From assembly GCA_030295235.1 (NCBI GenBank), contig AP026136.1:62001-126000 (forward strand): DNA of 64,000 nucleotides, written 5' to 3'. This stretch comes from Fistulifera solaris. Its lineage: Eukaryota. The notes beneath the pieces were generated by a model, which did not search any database, was not told the origin of the DNA, and was given only the letters and a program-made list of their open reading frames with translations. Within the stretch, counting starts at the first letter, position 1. Each line of letters starts with the position of its first letter. Shown in pieces: positions 1 through 14,100 of the stretch. Position numbers and translations under genes: made by a program.

Positions 1-1
1 T

Positions 2-1791
2 CATCGAAATTCTTTCGTTTCGACCGAATTATCACTCGCACGTTATCGACCCGATACGAACAAACGTCCAACGAATGACGATGCCAGCAATGAGTCAACG
101 GATGATGGCGTCACGGGGCAGGGTTCCAACTGGTTAGAGAGGTCTTTTCCGATTCCGCAAGAAAAAATTGACGCGAAAACGGTCATGGATTACAATTTAG
201 GATTATCGGGTGTGAGTTTTGGGACGGGTCCCTTGTCGGGGCGGATGTACGCTGCCATGACACAACGATCCTCTGCTTTACAGCAAGCGCCACGAGAAAT
301 GAGAGACGAAATAGTGGGAACGTTGCGTGTTTATGCGATGGATTTTACGGCCAAAGAAGCCACCAAAGTCGCCTTGAATCAGAATGGACTCGAAATGGTA
401 CTACAAGACGATGAGCAAGATCAAGGAATGTGGGGAGATGTTGATTCGATTCAGCTGCTGGATGAAAATGATCAGCCCATTGGTCCTATGTACGACGATT
501 GGGAAGATGCCGCTAAAAACTGGACACCGGGGCAAGCGTTTGATTTTGTAGTGCGACAAGTTCCTGCCAAAGTACGAGAGCTTTCGTTGGAAGAACTGTT
601 GCAAGCTCTAGATCCGGATGGATCTTTACGAGAAGAAGGAAAGGCTATGAATATGAATCTCATTCCGACAACCGATAATTTGCAATCTTTGGAGGATATG
701 GCGGGTGAGAATCGACGAAGAGTAGAGCTATCTCCACAAGACACAGAAAGTGTATTTACAGGATACCCCGAAAAAGAGGTTATCGAGTTATCACCGCAGA
801 TGCCTTGAGAGACTGTTGGCGACAATCTGATCGTGATACGTTTCTCGACAATCCTACGGTACTGCACGTAATGGATGCACTCGTGTCACACGGTTGTTTG
901 GTAGTTGATTTGCAAAATACAGATGCTCTCGAGGGATTATGGAAGACAGTGGAAGAAGTTTTTGCCTCGGAAGATACATATTCACCTCTAAGGACTGCCA
1001 CGGAGACAGGTTCTTCGTACGCGAAAGTGGGCTATGTCGAATATGACACCATGGCGTTTCTAGAAACTAGGAGAATCGGTGATGGTGGTATGTTACCCGA
1101 TGAATTGAGTCCCGAGCAACAGCAATCTCTCCAAAACGCATTTACAAGTATTTGGGATGTATCTCGTAACGTCATTCGTATTGCCATGGCGGCGAGTACG
1201 TTGGAAGACGAAGCGAATAACGATGATATTACGGAAGGCGACATAAATTTTGATCCGTTCCAAGCAGCCGACTGGGCTGCAGAAGAACTCGTCGATCATG
1301 GTGGATCTGGTGGAAGTGTCAGTATGAGCCCGCATCGTTTGTGTCGTTACTATTCTCCCTCTACCGACGCGGGAAGCAAAGATGACCAGAAATACAGAGA
1401 AGTGTTTGGAGCTCATACTGATTCGACCTTTATCACGGCTGTTCCAGTAGCTACCGTTCCCGGACTTGAAGTGTACGATGAAGCGGCCGAACGATGGTAT
1501 CGACCCGAGGCTTTACTCACATCCTCACATTGCCGCTATGTTGTTCTGGTACCGGGTGAATTTTTACAGCTGTTGACACGTCAAGAAATCTTGGCCAGCG
1601 TCCATCGTGTGGTTGTCGGGGCCGAACAACGATTTAGCGCACCCTTATTACTTCGCGGTCGACCAGAGGCTGTCTGGAACGTGCAACGGTACTTTGGATC
1701 GTCGGCGTTGACATCCAATACATTACTGCAAGAATGTGACGGACGGACTATGGAAGAAATTCATGCCGCCATGCAAAACTCATTTCAATAA
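2..1791 (+). CDS. 2-oxoglutarate/Fe(II)-dependent oxygenase (IPNS-like C-terminal domain), 5'-truncated by the window edge, one frameshift near 800
   Basis: Frame 2 is open from base 2 through ORF 185..808, which overlaps ORF 805..1791. Motifs GAHTDSTFIT (HxD), GLEV, VHRVV (distal His) and RFS (RxS). Confidence 0.75.
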
Positions 1792-1922
1792 TAGTAAGAA
1801 GAAGATTTGAAGCGCTACGCAATAATTGATATTATTTCAAAAAGACTCGGTCTGTATACGATTACTACTTCGTTTGCGACATTCACCGGGCATGTTCTAG
1901 TACAATCTTCGCTTCGCGTTTC

Positions 1923-2500
1923 TTACAACCGAGTACATTTATAGCATGTATTTCCTTCGATATCGTCTCCCCTAACCGGTGCTCCAGTTCCATCTCGTGT
2001 GGACAAAGTCGAATCCGCATCTGGGCACGCCGCTACCAGTTGCGCCTTGGTAGAGCCATTCTGTAGATACGCATAACACTTTTGCGTCGCACTGTCGTAC
2101 GTGACGCCGACCACTTGCGCCAATCGTTCCGCACTGCGTTGACAATCTTTGAGAGAAATTTTCGTCAAAACGATGCCACAGAAATCGTACAAACGGTTCT
2201 GTGAGTCCATGCATCGACCCGCTCCGACGGATTGTTCGCAGCGATGTTGGGGCGGTTGGTTGGTGCCAAAGGCATCGGTATTGGCGGGAGAAAGTCGGCC
2301 ATCGCAAAGTCGATCCAAGAAGAGAGAACGACTTTCGGAAGATGCGTCGTTTAACCAGGTGGCCGTCGAGAATGATAGATGCAGTGCGAGACACAGAATA
2401 AGGACGGCTGGATGGAGGAAAGGGCAATTGTGTGAGTATGCTCTCTAGAAACGTGAAAGAAAAAAAGGGGTGGGGTAAAAATGCAGCTTTCACCTTTCAT
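1923..2500 (-). CDS. Small secreted Cys-rich protein (8 Cys in the core domain, PAN/apple-like spacing); intron 2408-2493
   Basis: ATG AAA G|GT...CAG|CC splice gives signal peptide MKAVLILCLALHLSFSTAT in frame with ORF 1923..2318. Paralog at 16608-17186. Confidence 0.7.
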
Positions 2501-3030
2501 TTCTCTTATTTAATGTTCTTCGTGCAATAGTTCCTTGCTATACTTTGTATTATGACGCTTGCTGATTACAAGTAGTTTCCAGAAAGGAGTTATGATACTG
2601 GTGCCCAACTTCTCTTTTGGCCAGCTGTCATGAACGCTCGTGTGTGGTCACAACGGGAAACACAAATGTGGAAAGTGGAGGGAGAATTCTACAACACACA
2701 ACACATAAAAGACCGATTAGCTAAAAAAACGTGAAGTACGCCCGTCGCGCTGAATAAATGTCCGTTGACAATGCCGCGAAGAAAAAAGACTCTCGCTTAC
2801 AATGTACGAAAGCAATTTAGCTTTACACTTCAAAAACATCATCGGCTCTCGGCTATTTATGTTTTATTCACTCGAGTGATGAACCCAAAGTATCTTCCAA
2901 CTTCCGTCAAATGGATGTATGCACGTTTGAGCTTCGACCCCACGATGGAAAAAGCAAACGATCTCATGTTTATTTGTCGCGAACGATAGCAGTCTTTTCC
3001 CTTCGCTCGTCCCTTGCAGCAACGACCGAT

Positions 3031-4164
3031 ATGATCCGACACTCTCTGTTCGCTCTGCCTCGCGAGCTTTTGTCGTTGTTGACACTTCTCTTGCTTCGTA
3101 GAGCAGCCTTTGTACAGGCAAAATTTTCCTGTAGTGCTCCACAGAGTATTACGGCACCGTTTTCGTACACACCCTCATCGGTAGAACCGGTGAATGATAA
3201 TGAAATTTCGTTCAACGTCTGCGGTGACGCTCGTGAGGAAGGCTCTTCAGTGTTGCCACCGGGCTTATGGTTCCGTTACGTTACCTCCAAAACAACAATA
3301 GTCCGCGTCTACGAAGAAGCCGTCAAGCAATATCTTTTTCCGTGGATACTCTCGTTTTCTCGGGTTCTTGCGATGATTCTCTGGAATGTGAAGATTATTC
3401 CATGTCGATTAGCGATGATTTAGTGTTTCAAGCAGATGTGGATGTCGAGTATTTCATTTTTGCATTTAGTGACGCCAACATAAGCGATCCGTTTACACTG
3501 TATGTCGAAGAACTAAACTTTCCTGTGAACGACGAATTGCATAATGCCGCGGTGTTAACTCAGGACGATCTCCCCCTTTCAAGGAGAATTTACTACCGTT
3601 GGTGCACTTTCGGATACTGCACTGGACGCATGCGGTTTGGATGGTGAATACGGGGTGTGGTTCAATTACAGCACCATTTATTCTCAGCAAGCGCTGGCGC
3701 TTCGAGCCAACACCGGCAATACCCGAGATGTGTTGGGAATCCAAGCTTGGATAGATGATCAAATGGTGTGTATTACTTCTGGCAATACATGGGACTCTAC
3801 TATTGAGTGGACAGCTGAGGCCGGTGTGGAATATTCTATTTTGGTAGCCGAGCCTCCAAATTCCTACGGACAAAGTTTTACATTCACTTTAGAGTCACAA
3901 AGCATTGTCCATGCCCAACCAACGGCGGCTGTTGTTGAACCTATTACATCGACTCCGGTGATTGTAGTAGATGATGGACCTACTGCGGCAGCAACTTTCA
4001 AGCCTACGATTAGCACTAATGATGAACTGGAAACAATTTCACCCTCGGTTGTGCAAAACAATTCGTTTGACCCGGAACCCACTATCACCTCTTCCAATGC
4101 GGGCAAACTGAAGAAGGGTATCACACTCGCATGGGGGCTAGTTTTTGCGATCCTATTATTTTAG
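3031..4164 (+). CDS. Secreted/cell-surface protein with Thr/Pro-rich stalk and C-terminal hydrophobic (GPI/TM) tail; about 2 frameshifts
   Basis: Signal peptide MIRHSL...AAFVQA. Overlapping ORFs 2911..3423, 3267..3647 and 3637..4164. Repeated GLWF/GVWF units. Ends ITLAWGLVFAILLF. Confidence 0.6.
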
Positions 4165-4800
4165 AAAATAGTTGCTTTGCAGCTGCTATCACTCTCGAGT
4201 AAAGCCTTTTTTGTCAATAGTAAGAACCTTGTTGTCTCCTTATCTTTTGTCTTTACGGGGCGCAAAATAGTTTGAGTCGGAGATCGAAAAAGCTCTGCTT
4301 TATACGCTGTGTCAACCTGGTAGTGAACATGACTTGTGAGTTTTTGTCGGGATCCTTCTGGGCAATTCATTCCTACAACATCGTCAACGACAAAATTAAG
4401 TTACAAACCTTTGAAGCCATCAGTTAAGAAGGCTTTGTTATTTTGAAAATAATCAGACGGCATTGTCACTTGATGATTCCGCATAATTGCGGTTACTATT
4501 GGATAGGTCTAAGTCTCTAATGAATCCTAACCAAATTGAGTCTACGGGTCTCGATTTAATTGAAGTCGTGGAGGTCGTGAACCTTCTCTTCGCGCTATAG
4601 TGCTTACGGAGTATTTCTTTTCGTGCTTAGGGTTCATTACACACCGCTCGTCCCTCATCCGTTTATAAGCCGTTAGAATTTCGCTTTGTGCCTCTATTTC
4701 TCTTTTCGACGTCATTTTCCTCGTTTTCGCATCTCATCATTGTCACTTTCGTTCATTTTCATTTTTCATTGCTGCTGTTCATTTTTAACAATACACTATC

Positions 4801-5661
4801 ATGATTCCTATTTCCGAATTACTGTTAGAATACATTTGCCCAATTGCCGGAGGCTTGACGGCGACGGTTATGTTTGCCGCGCCGTTGCCCGACGCGTATC
4901 GTGCCGTTCGCGATCAGGGGCATTTGGGGTCTCTCAATCCTTTACCGTGGGCGTTCATGCTCGGGAATTGTTACGGTTGGGTCCTCTATGGTGTTATTCA
5001 ACGGAATTTCTTTGTGTATTGTGCGAATGTCCCCGGTTTGTTCTTTGCGATTTGGTTGAATCTACAAGCCGTCAAACTGCAGTACAAAAGTTATCCTTGT
5101 CACAAGTATTCTCTCGTGAGTCATGCCGAGATTGAAAAGCCATCACCGCAAATTGAAGACGGAGAGGTTGTTGCTCCTGTGGAAATGAAAAGAGAAGCCC
5201 CACCAGCTCCTTTGCCCACTACACAAGACACTTGGATATTATTCGTGGTCCTCGTTTGGCTATTGCTGACTTCCGTTCTCGGTTTTCAGCAAGGAACGAT
5301 TTCTTCTGATTCGCAACAATTACTGATTGGCAGTACCGTCAATCTCAATTTAGTCATCTTCTACGCTGCACCCTTATCCACCATTTATACTGTATTACAG
5401 AAGCAATCCTCGGCTTCAATTCATGTGCCGACCATGTTAACGAACACTGCAAATGGAGTCTTTTGGTTTGCGTACGGGTTGGCAGTACAAGATTGGTTCA
5501 TTGCCGTGCCTAATGGCTTGGGAGCAGCACTGGGAGCGATCCAAATGGTGCTGAGGGTGCTGTTTCCGGCACAAAAAGTTCAAGCGAATCAGGATGTTAA
5601 AGCTGTTGTAAATGCGAACGTACGACATGAGGATGATCACTTGGAAAAAAATAGTACGTGA
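4801..5661 (+). CDS. SWEET: SWEET/MtN3 sugar transporter
   Basis: Two MtN3 repeats: MFAAP...LNPLPWAFMLGNCYGWVLYG and FYAAPLSTI...VFWFAYGL...VPNGLG; about 7 TM segments. Confidence 0.92.
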   Translation: MIPISELLLEYICPIAGGLTATVMFAAPLPDAYRAVRDQGHLGSLNPLPWAFMLGNCYGWVLYGVIQRNFFVYCANVPGLFFAIWLNLQAVKLQYKSYPCHKYSLVSHAEIEKPSPQIEDGEVVAPVEMKREAPPAPLPTTQDTWILFVVLVWLLLTSVLGFQQGTISSDSQQLLIGSTVNLNLVIFYAAPLSTIYTVLQKQSSASIHVPTMLTNTANGVFWFAYGLAVQDWFIAVPNGLGAALGAIQMVLRVLFPAQKVQANQDVKAVVNANVRHEDDHLEKNST

Positions 5662-5926
5662 AGAAGAGGAGACATACGATAGATTTTGAAAATAATGAAT
5701 AATAATAGAAAAATAATTTCGTCGACTTAGCAGCATAATGATGGGAAGCCCATTTTAATGAGAGGGACTCGGCTCTGGACAGGATCACTCAGTTGATCGC
5801 CGAGAAAACGGAACTATGATACTACGATTCTCTCTTTACCATGTAGTAGCAATGATCAAGGAATTTACAATGGCCTTGTTTAACACTTTTAATGATTTTG
5901 CTCCATCGAATCCGTCGCCCCACCCG

Positions 5927-8255
5927 TCAGTCATCGCTTTTCTCTGGCCCGTGGTAAAAATTCCACGGCCGAGGACTCAAAACACGGACGCGGCCCTGTT
6001 TCGTGCCATACACAAAGCCGTGTCCCGAGTCAGGATGAAAGCGGGCAATGTTCACATCATCCATGTCCGAGAGCATGGTCGATACATGCTGCATGCCACC
6101 ACGGATGCGGTACAAGGCACTCACCGGATGGTGCGTTCCTTCGGGTTCACGAACACCGTAACCTATCAAACAAAAGTCCGTGGAAGGAGAAAATTTCACG
6201 CAAGTGACGGCGGAAGCTTTGGCGGGGTCTAATGGACACGCTTCCAACAATTGACCCAAACGGGGTGAATAACCACACGCCACGGCACCGGGGTGTTTGC
6301 CACGAAGATTGCCACCCAATTCAACACTTTCGGGGAAAGGGGTCGTATCCAAACTGATTTTGACCACGTGAGGGACATAACGGCCAATACCGCGTTGTAA
6401 AACTTCTTGAACCCCGGCCACACCTGCCGCGACAATTGACAACGGATGAGGGTGGGCGAGCACCTCCCGGTGCCGGCGGCGGCGGAGGAGGAGGTGGTGG
6501 TGGAGGCGTCGACATGGTTCGATTGATCGTATCAACTAGCACTTCCCGACCCTCCGATTGATGCAAGCCACCGGCGAAACGACGCCCTGGAGGACTAGGG
6601 GGAGATAATTGTTGGGGTTGATCTCGCAAAACAGGGGGCGTCCGCGGTGCAAAGTCAGATGATTCTGGAGGGGGCATTGGAAAAGCCGGGACGGTAGCAA
6701 CGGACAGAGTCGGTGCCGATGGAGTGCTCAAAACCATTTCATCACGAAAGGAAGGTGAACGATTGGGAGATTGTCGCTGCAAAGATGAGGAATGACTTAT
6801 TAACAAGTCGCTCACCCGCACACGCTCACCCGTCGCCAGGGAAGAAGCATCGGCATCACCGAACGGCATGTCTTCATCCGCTTCTTCTTGTACCAACAGA
6901 TCCATGGCATTGTCGACTCCTTCCGGCAACCAATACTCGGCACACGCACACAACGTCTTTCCATCGGGTGATACGTCAAATCCTCCATCATTGTACAACA
7001 ACGCCCGCGGCACAAATGTTCGAGGCTACGGGCGAGAATGTAGACGTGTGAGTGACGCATATACAACACCATATCGATCGCTTCTCGTACTTACATTGGA
7101 AATGGCCCGCCGCAACGCTTGCGCTTCCAATGCGACAGTCATGTCAAAATCCCACAATCGTAAATAAAAACTCATCGTCCCACCACTGCTCAAGGCTCGG
7201 GCCCGTCGTCGAGGATCTTCATTGGAAGGATTGACACCACCCACGATAATAGTACGGCCATCCGGTGGGAAATGGACACATCGCAACATGTGTCGTTGAT
7301 CCATTTCCGTCAGACGATTCGAAGAAGTTGTTTCCTGCGCACTGTTCCTATTGTTGTCTTCGTCAAAGGCATCCAATCCCCAAAAATGCAATCGTGTCCC
7401 ATTCGCAATCGCTAACAACTGCCCCGTGGGATGAAAACTGATACTAATAATGGCATAATCGAGTCGCACCATTTGCAAACAAACATTCTTTCGCCAATCC
7501 CACAATTTTACTTGATGACCTAAACAGCCACTGGCGACAATGTGGGCATGCCGGGGATGATATTTGACGGTCCAGGGTGTCCGGGGATGCCCCTCGAGGG
7601 TTTGGAGACACCGTCCCGTATGACAACAAGTGATTTTGACGGTATGATCGCCGTGCGTCGACGCCATGGTCTGTGCATCGGGAGAAAAGGCAATGGAAAT
7701 GGTACTAACCGCAGTGGAACTTTCGGGACGCTGTCCGTGTGCGTCGCAGACATCCTGACCACCCAAGTGATTCAGAAAACTGGATTGATAGTGCACCGTC
7801 GAACAGTATTCCGCAAAGTACGTGATTTCGTCAACGATGCGGATGGGGTAAACGGTACATCTCGCCCGTTGTTCGTGCAGTTGTTGCGTCATAACTCGTT
7901 TCTGTTCGATCACGTCTTCTTCTTCGTAGACACGACTGGTGGTGCTGTTGGGAGAAGGCATTCCCGAAGATGGTACTTTGGGGAGAAAGGGCGGTGCATT
8001 CGTCCGACACTGTCCTCGTTCACGATCATAGAGGATGTGTACAATATTTCGTCCTCCATACGAGTGAGGATGAATGCGACGACGCGGTGGTTGCAATATT
8101 TCGTCTCGAAAGTTCCAGCGGCTTTGCATGGTGTTTGTGTCGGGTCGTTTTCGACGTAATGATGTTGTTGTGGATGGATCGTTGCGTGATAACGGCGGAG
8201 GATGCCGTTGAAAGGGATTCCACATCGAATTATTGTTGTTATTGTTACTTGTCAT
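5927..8255 (-). CDS. AMBRA1: AMBRA1-like WD40 protein (autophagy regulator/DCAF); intron 7026-7094, frameshift near 6470
   Basis: STISIAFSPD..MASTHGDHTVKI...GHPRTPWTVKYHP...ASGCL; ALLYNDGGFDVSPDG; VKFSPSTDFCLIGYG; VNIARFHPDSGHGFVYGTKQG. These match the split AMBRA1 propeller. Confidence 0.82.
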
Positions 8256-9081
8256 GCTTTGATGATTGTTGAATTGTTGAATTGTTGAATAAAAACGAAT
8301 AGAACAAAGAGATGATAACGGACGATGATGATGATTCAAGGTAGATGATTCCTTTTTCTTCGATTGAATTTTGTTTATTGCCGCAACGATAAAGAATGAA
8401 AACGTTCCGTTTGCTTTTTCACCCGTCCCGCAAACTCTAGCAATTTGAATTTATTGTGAAGTAAAGAGACAAACGGAGTAACCAACCATAAGAACAGCAC
8501 AATAAGATGCAATCGGAGACGTATTGATTTGACATAGTCGAACTGCACAGACCCGCCGCAGAGCGTTCTCCTGTTTTTCGACTTCCGTGTCATCACGCCG
8601 GCCTCTCTTCCGCTCTTCGATTCGAATGAATCGTGTGTCCGATGGGTATCTTTGTTCTTGTTATTTCTGTTTTTCACATAAGAGCATTTGAATGAGGCGG
8701 TATTGGTGCTACAACAATGTAGTAGGCATAAGCCATAGTACAAGTACATGGTAGTAAGAAAGTAAGTAGTAGTCTGGTGTTCCCGTCCGTACTTCCGTCC
8801 GCTACGAACGAAAGGACATGCTAAAATAATAATAATGTGATGAGACGCTACACAGTTTTGTACCTGGTATTTGTACCAGGTACGGACGCGCGAGGAATAT
8901 GTTGCGTAATAACAAAGCCAAAGAAGAATTTGTTTCAATCAATTCGAATTGATTTTGTCAACACAATTTGCTTCGCCTTTGTGTCTTGCATTACCAGTAC
9001 TTAATCAAGCTTTATTCGTTTAGCCACATCTCACAAACTCGCGATTTTTGTCCCTCTCAAAACGAACAGGAAACAAGAAAC

Positions 9082-10146
9082 ATGAGTAGCCGTTCTCCGG
9101 AAGCTTCCTCCTCTCCTCCGCTGATGAATAATCGTGCTAACAAACAATCTCCTCCCAACAAAATCAGCAATAACAACACACTGATCCGCCACAGTAGTGA
9201 TCACAGTCAGAATAGTTCCCACACGAACGAAAATAATCACAACGACTTAACAGCAACAACAACACAACAACAAATTTCAACAAACGAATCATCATCATCA
9301 CAAAATCAATCCACGCAACAACTCGGTTCCATGCTCACTCAATTGTCGCTTTCTGCAATTACTGTCACACTATACATTCCCACCAGTGCCGTAGGAGCCG
9401 TTATTGGTCGTCGGGGACAAACCATTGCTCAAGTACAAAAAACCGCCGCACAAGCGTCATCGAATCCCAAAGTACCCGTGCGGATTTCCGTGCGGGAACC
9501 CGAAACGCCCACATACACTCCGTTGGATGCCTCGGATGAATTGTGGACACCGGTCGTCGTCAAGGCGGATCCTCTCGCGGCGTGGTCCGCTTGTGAACAA
9601 ATTCAGGCACTCGTGGTGGAAGCCGGAGGCTTCGTGGAGCACGAAGACATTATTGTCGATATCCCATTGCATCGCAACAAACACGCCACGGTGGTCGGTA
9701 AACGCGGTTGGACGGTTGCTACATTATCGGCCGATCATGCGGTGCGCATTCTTGTACCACACAAGGAGTTGCGGCACGATATTGTACAATTGGAGGGTCC
9801 GTTCTCGAATGTGCGGGCCTGCTTTGCGGCGTTATTGCAAGTGTTGGTCGCACCCGCAACGCTCATTGTGCCGGTTTTGCCGTCGCAAACGAAATTACGA
9901 CACATTGGGCGCAAGACAGATACCGTGTTGCGCAAAACCAAGTTGGAGGACGGGACGTGGCAATTGACGGTGACGGGAGCGGGACATGTACCAGCGGCCA
10001 TGGCTATGTTACAGAAATGGAAAGAGGAGCTACAATATCCGTCATCGTCGACGAAACCGTCCGCGGGAGCGGTTCGGAAATCAAGGAATCAAACATCGGC
10101 CAAAATGCCAGCACGGAATAGGGAAGTCTCAGCGAGTGGACAGTGA
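9082..10146 (+). CDS. KH-domain RNA-binding protein
   Basis: IPTSAVGAVIGRRGQTI and HATVVGKRGWTV (two GxxG KH loops). Confidence 0.85.
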   Translation: MSSRSPEASSSPPLMNNRANKQSPPNKISNNNTLIRHSSDHSQNSSHTNENNHNDLTATTTQQQISTNESSSSQNQSTQQLGSMLTQLSLSAITVTLYIPTSAVGAVIGRRGQTIAQVQKTAAQASSNPKVPVRISVREPETPTYTPLDASDELWTPVVVKADPLAAWSACEQIQALVVEAGGFVEHEDIIVDIPLHRNKHATVVGKRGWTVATLSADHAVRILVPHKELRHDIVQLEGPFSNVRACFAALLQVLVAPATLIVPVLPSQTKLRHIGRKTDTVLRKTKLEDGTWQLTVTGAGHVPAAMAMLQKWKEELQYPSSSTKPSAGAVRKSRNQTSAKMPARNREVSASGQ

Positions 10147-11117
10147 TGATTATTGCGTAATTCTTTGTATGTGTCAATTACAGACGATTCGACTGCCCAT
10201 GAAAGTTAGCAAAGTGCGAATTTTCATTCTAGCACCATCACTATTTCTACGACGTGGCACTACAAACAACTATTCCATTTGGTAATTTCAATGAAGAAGG
10301 GTATCGTAACAAGTTCACATTCACGAGTGAGCTACGCAAGGAAAACAATTTCTAGACTTGGGATAAGATTATTAGTTTATTGTTCCATGATACGAAATAA
10401 CCATGTGGGCGGCGATCACGTTGATGCGGTTGTCAAAGAAAGCCAAAACGTAGATGGAATCATATCCGGGTACTCCCTTTGTCGATAAATTTCCCTACGA
10501 ATGCCAACGTTTTGTCAATGCCTTGAGATTAGAGGCCTTTCATTTTCTCCTCATTTCGATGTTTTCATTAAACTGTCAAAATTTGTTGCTCAAGAGTATG
10601 TGCCATGAAGGTTGTGTACGGAATTGTAACAGAAATGGTGGCAGGGGGGTAATCGAGGTTTGTTTGTACTAGGGCTCTTTCTTGGACTCGGGACCGCGAG
10701 CAAACCCGAATAGGATTTTGACGTCATCCGAATGAGTCCAACGCACTGTTGCTAAAAAAATAAATAGCCAAACATTTTTCTCAACGCATTTCCTTTGTAC
10801 TGTTTTGTATCTACAACGTCGTGTTTGCGGAGGAAGTGCGCCAAGGAGAGAAGTGCGCTCAGCGCTACTTTCGTGTTTTACCCCAAAAGTTTGCACCGCG
10901 CAGCCGTTGAGTGGCAACTCGTTCCTCTCAACAACACTAGTGAAAAGCATTCCTTTGTATAGGTGCGGTGCTTGTTTGCACCCTTTTGAAACACAACGAA
11001 CGGGAGAGGTGCTTCAGCTCGAATCCTTCTTTCTGGAATGGAAATAGCAGAAAACGAAAGCTTTTCTTGTATTCGTTCTGGTCCTTTACCGTCAATTCCA
11101 CATCATTCAACCCAACA

Positions 11118-14100
11118 ATGTTTCGCACACCGCAAATGCATGCTATTCGCGTCTATCAGGATGAAGAAGAGGAACCGTGGGATCAGCGAAAATCAACGCC
11201 GAAGCGATCCTTGTACGAAGAAGAAATCAATCATATGGAGGATGGAGAACTACCATCTTTATCGTCCTCGAAAAAGTCAACACCACAAGGAGGAGACTTA
11301 GAACAACGCAAATTTTGGGGACAGTTGGACGTCAATTCATGTGATGACGATGACGAAGAAGACGAAGAAGAAGAAGAGGATGCTGTGAGTCGAGATAAGT
11401 CGATTCGGCGTCGTGCTGATGAAGAGGACATGCCCGACGATGAGCTCATGTCGTCGGCATCACGCAACAACCTCTCGAAACATCGAGCCCGGCATAATGC
11501 GCCGCGTCAAAGTGATGAACTCTACCAAGCAGACTCGTACGAAGCTCAAAACAAAGTGCTGGCATCGGGGTTTTGCGACACGACGTTGACGGCGTTGGGT
11601 GATATGTGCGGCGCGTACACGGGTACTTCCAAACGCGTCACACTTAGTCCGCGAATTCATTCCGATGTGCAAGAAGAACATACAGCTATTGAAGTAGAAT
11701 TTGTAGAAGAAGAAACAGAACCCGCACGACATCATCCCGATATGAGTGTTGAATCTAAGAATGCGTACTTGTCAGCCATGGCGGCACAAGCGAAAGAAGA
11801 ATTTAAAAGCAAGACCAAGAAAGGAGGTGATAAGTACGATGATGCCACGGATGAACATACGGAAGGACGCTCGGCAAATACGAACTTGGCCACCACCTTG
11901 GATGATGCAGATGCATATGAAAGCTTTAATGCTGCCGAGAAACGGAAATTCATCCGTTTGATCAACACAGGAGCAAATCCACGAGAAGCGACGCAACTGA
12001 TTTTACAAGAGCGCAGTACATTGAAACCAGAGCCACCGCGAAAAGCGACGTTACCAACTCCGGAAAGCTCTCTGCCAAAACGATCTATGAATGACGGAAA
12101 GCGATCTCATCGATCGCACCGGTCCGCCGTTTTGTATTGGAAAAGAGCAAATATAACCAACAACAACGGTCCGTCAGTGGCGACCCAATTCGTCCCACTA
12201 TTTCAGAAGACGATCAAGACGACATGAGTACTCCGCTTCCTACCTTGAAAGACAAGACCGCTGCGTTGACAGATGATGACGGTGGCGAGCCAATTAGTGG
12301 GAATTTTGCCAAGAGTGGTATTCACTTTTACGATGCCGAACGACAAGAAGATCAAGAAGACGAGATGGCGGTCAAGCAGTCACCCAGCACTCCCCCCTTC
12401 GATGAAAAGTACTCGTAGCGAGCAAGTTCGAAAAGTCGGTTTCAAATCCCTCGCGGAACGCAGGGCCAAAAAGTCTCCGAAGGTGACATCCGCGATCACT
12501 AACGACGGCTCGCAGATAATTGGGGAATCGTCCAAACGCGAAACCGCAGCTCGCTATCCGCCCCAAATTGGTAATGATTCTGTGGAGGATTATGACAATA
12601 TTCTGGACACTGCTGAAGAATCTGGCTCGTTTAGCAAGAATGCCAGTTTTGACCCAGAGCTGACACTGGATGATTACAATGCAGCAGAACCTCGGTACAA
12701 GGAAGAAAAGACATCAGCTATTGAAGCAAACAGCAACGAACGAAATGCAGCTCTCTATGCTAATGCCAGAAAACAATATGCTGGGTTGAGTGTGCCAACG
12801 CCAGCTAGTGATGAATCAGTATACACCGCGCAAACATCTGACACAGGATACACGGGAGTGACGGGAATGACAGCAGCAACGACTTATACACAATCGTCCC
12901 GGGTTCGCCGACCCGGGGCGGCCAAAAACGATTGGCCAAGGAGAAAGAGCTTCAAGAGAAAGCAAAAGGGGCCCAAGGATGGGTCGAAAGCGTCAAGGAA
13001 GTGGCGGCTATGACCCGCCAGAAATGGGATCCTCTATTGGGTCTTGTAGATTACTTGGAACCCGTGGTAGAAGAAGTTCCAGAAAAGGCAAGGTATGAGA
13101 ACATACACTTGGACCTGAGCAAAAGATTTCGACACCCTCGAAGCGTTCGAAGGTCGATGATGTAGGCTCGATCAACACCGCGAAATCTACCCCAGTCCCT
13201 TTTCCGCGAGAATGGGAGGAAGAACGCGAAAGGATGATAAGAGAAACAAAGAATGCTAAGAAACAAGATTCACTCGCGACTCCATCCCGAGATGGTATTC
13301 CGAGCAGCAATGATGACTCGAGAACAAACAGCTGGATCGAATCTATGAAGGCGGCAAGCGCCACCCTAGTATCACACGGGAAGCAGTGGGATCCTGACAA
13401 AGGTTGGGTGAATGATGACGGCACTTCCGTTGCGATTTCAACTGATGGAGACTTTACAACTGCTTCGTCATTACCGCCTCCGCCACCTTCTGCATTCACG
13501 ACGGACAACGTGCCGAGGATCAAAGAGACCAACTCCCCGACCATACATGATCGAATCGGTGCAAGTCCTATTGCTCAGCCAGAACGCTACGTCCAACTAA
13601 ATGACACGGGCTCTGTTCGTTCCGTGCATCAAGACTATCCTTCGTATGCCACTTCTACCAAATTATCCGTTACACAACCGATACCTCCAGTATACGAGTC
13701 GACTTACGTATCGGATGACGAAACGGATGTTGACAGTGCCCCCTTGTCTAATGTTGTAGAAGCATATCCCGCTCAAGAAAAAACCGTAGCACAATCCGCC
13801 GCTAATGTCAACGTTGTCAAAGAGAAAATAAACAATGACGACATCGGACTTTTCGCTAATGGGAAGAACAAAAACACCGGGCATGCGGGTAGGACCGAGA
13901 GTTTGGGGAGCGAAGGACTTCCTGAACTTTTCGCATCTAAAGATCATGACGACGCGGAGGACTGGAATCCAAACTCTGATGAAGATGTCACTAAACCACG
14001 ATCACAGGAACCTACGCAACGTTCAAACGTCGATGTGGATGTGGATATGGATATGGATGGAACTGATGAACTAGACGACAAGCAATCAAAACCATCCACA

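Noticed and set aside
7444..8272. Long antisense or alternate-frame ORFs over real genes (also 21553..22383, 28317..28931, 52739..53338)
   Set aside because: They are shadow ORFs of coding sequence with no recognisable motifs.
8375..8938. 187-aa minus-strand ORF
   Set aside because: It lies in a divergent promoter region, has a non-ATG start and a random-looking composition.
10279..10700. Possible gene remnant between the KH gene and the large orphan gene
   Set aside because: Only short ORFs with no recognisable homology; cannot be supported.
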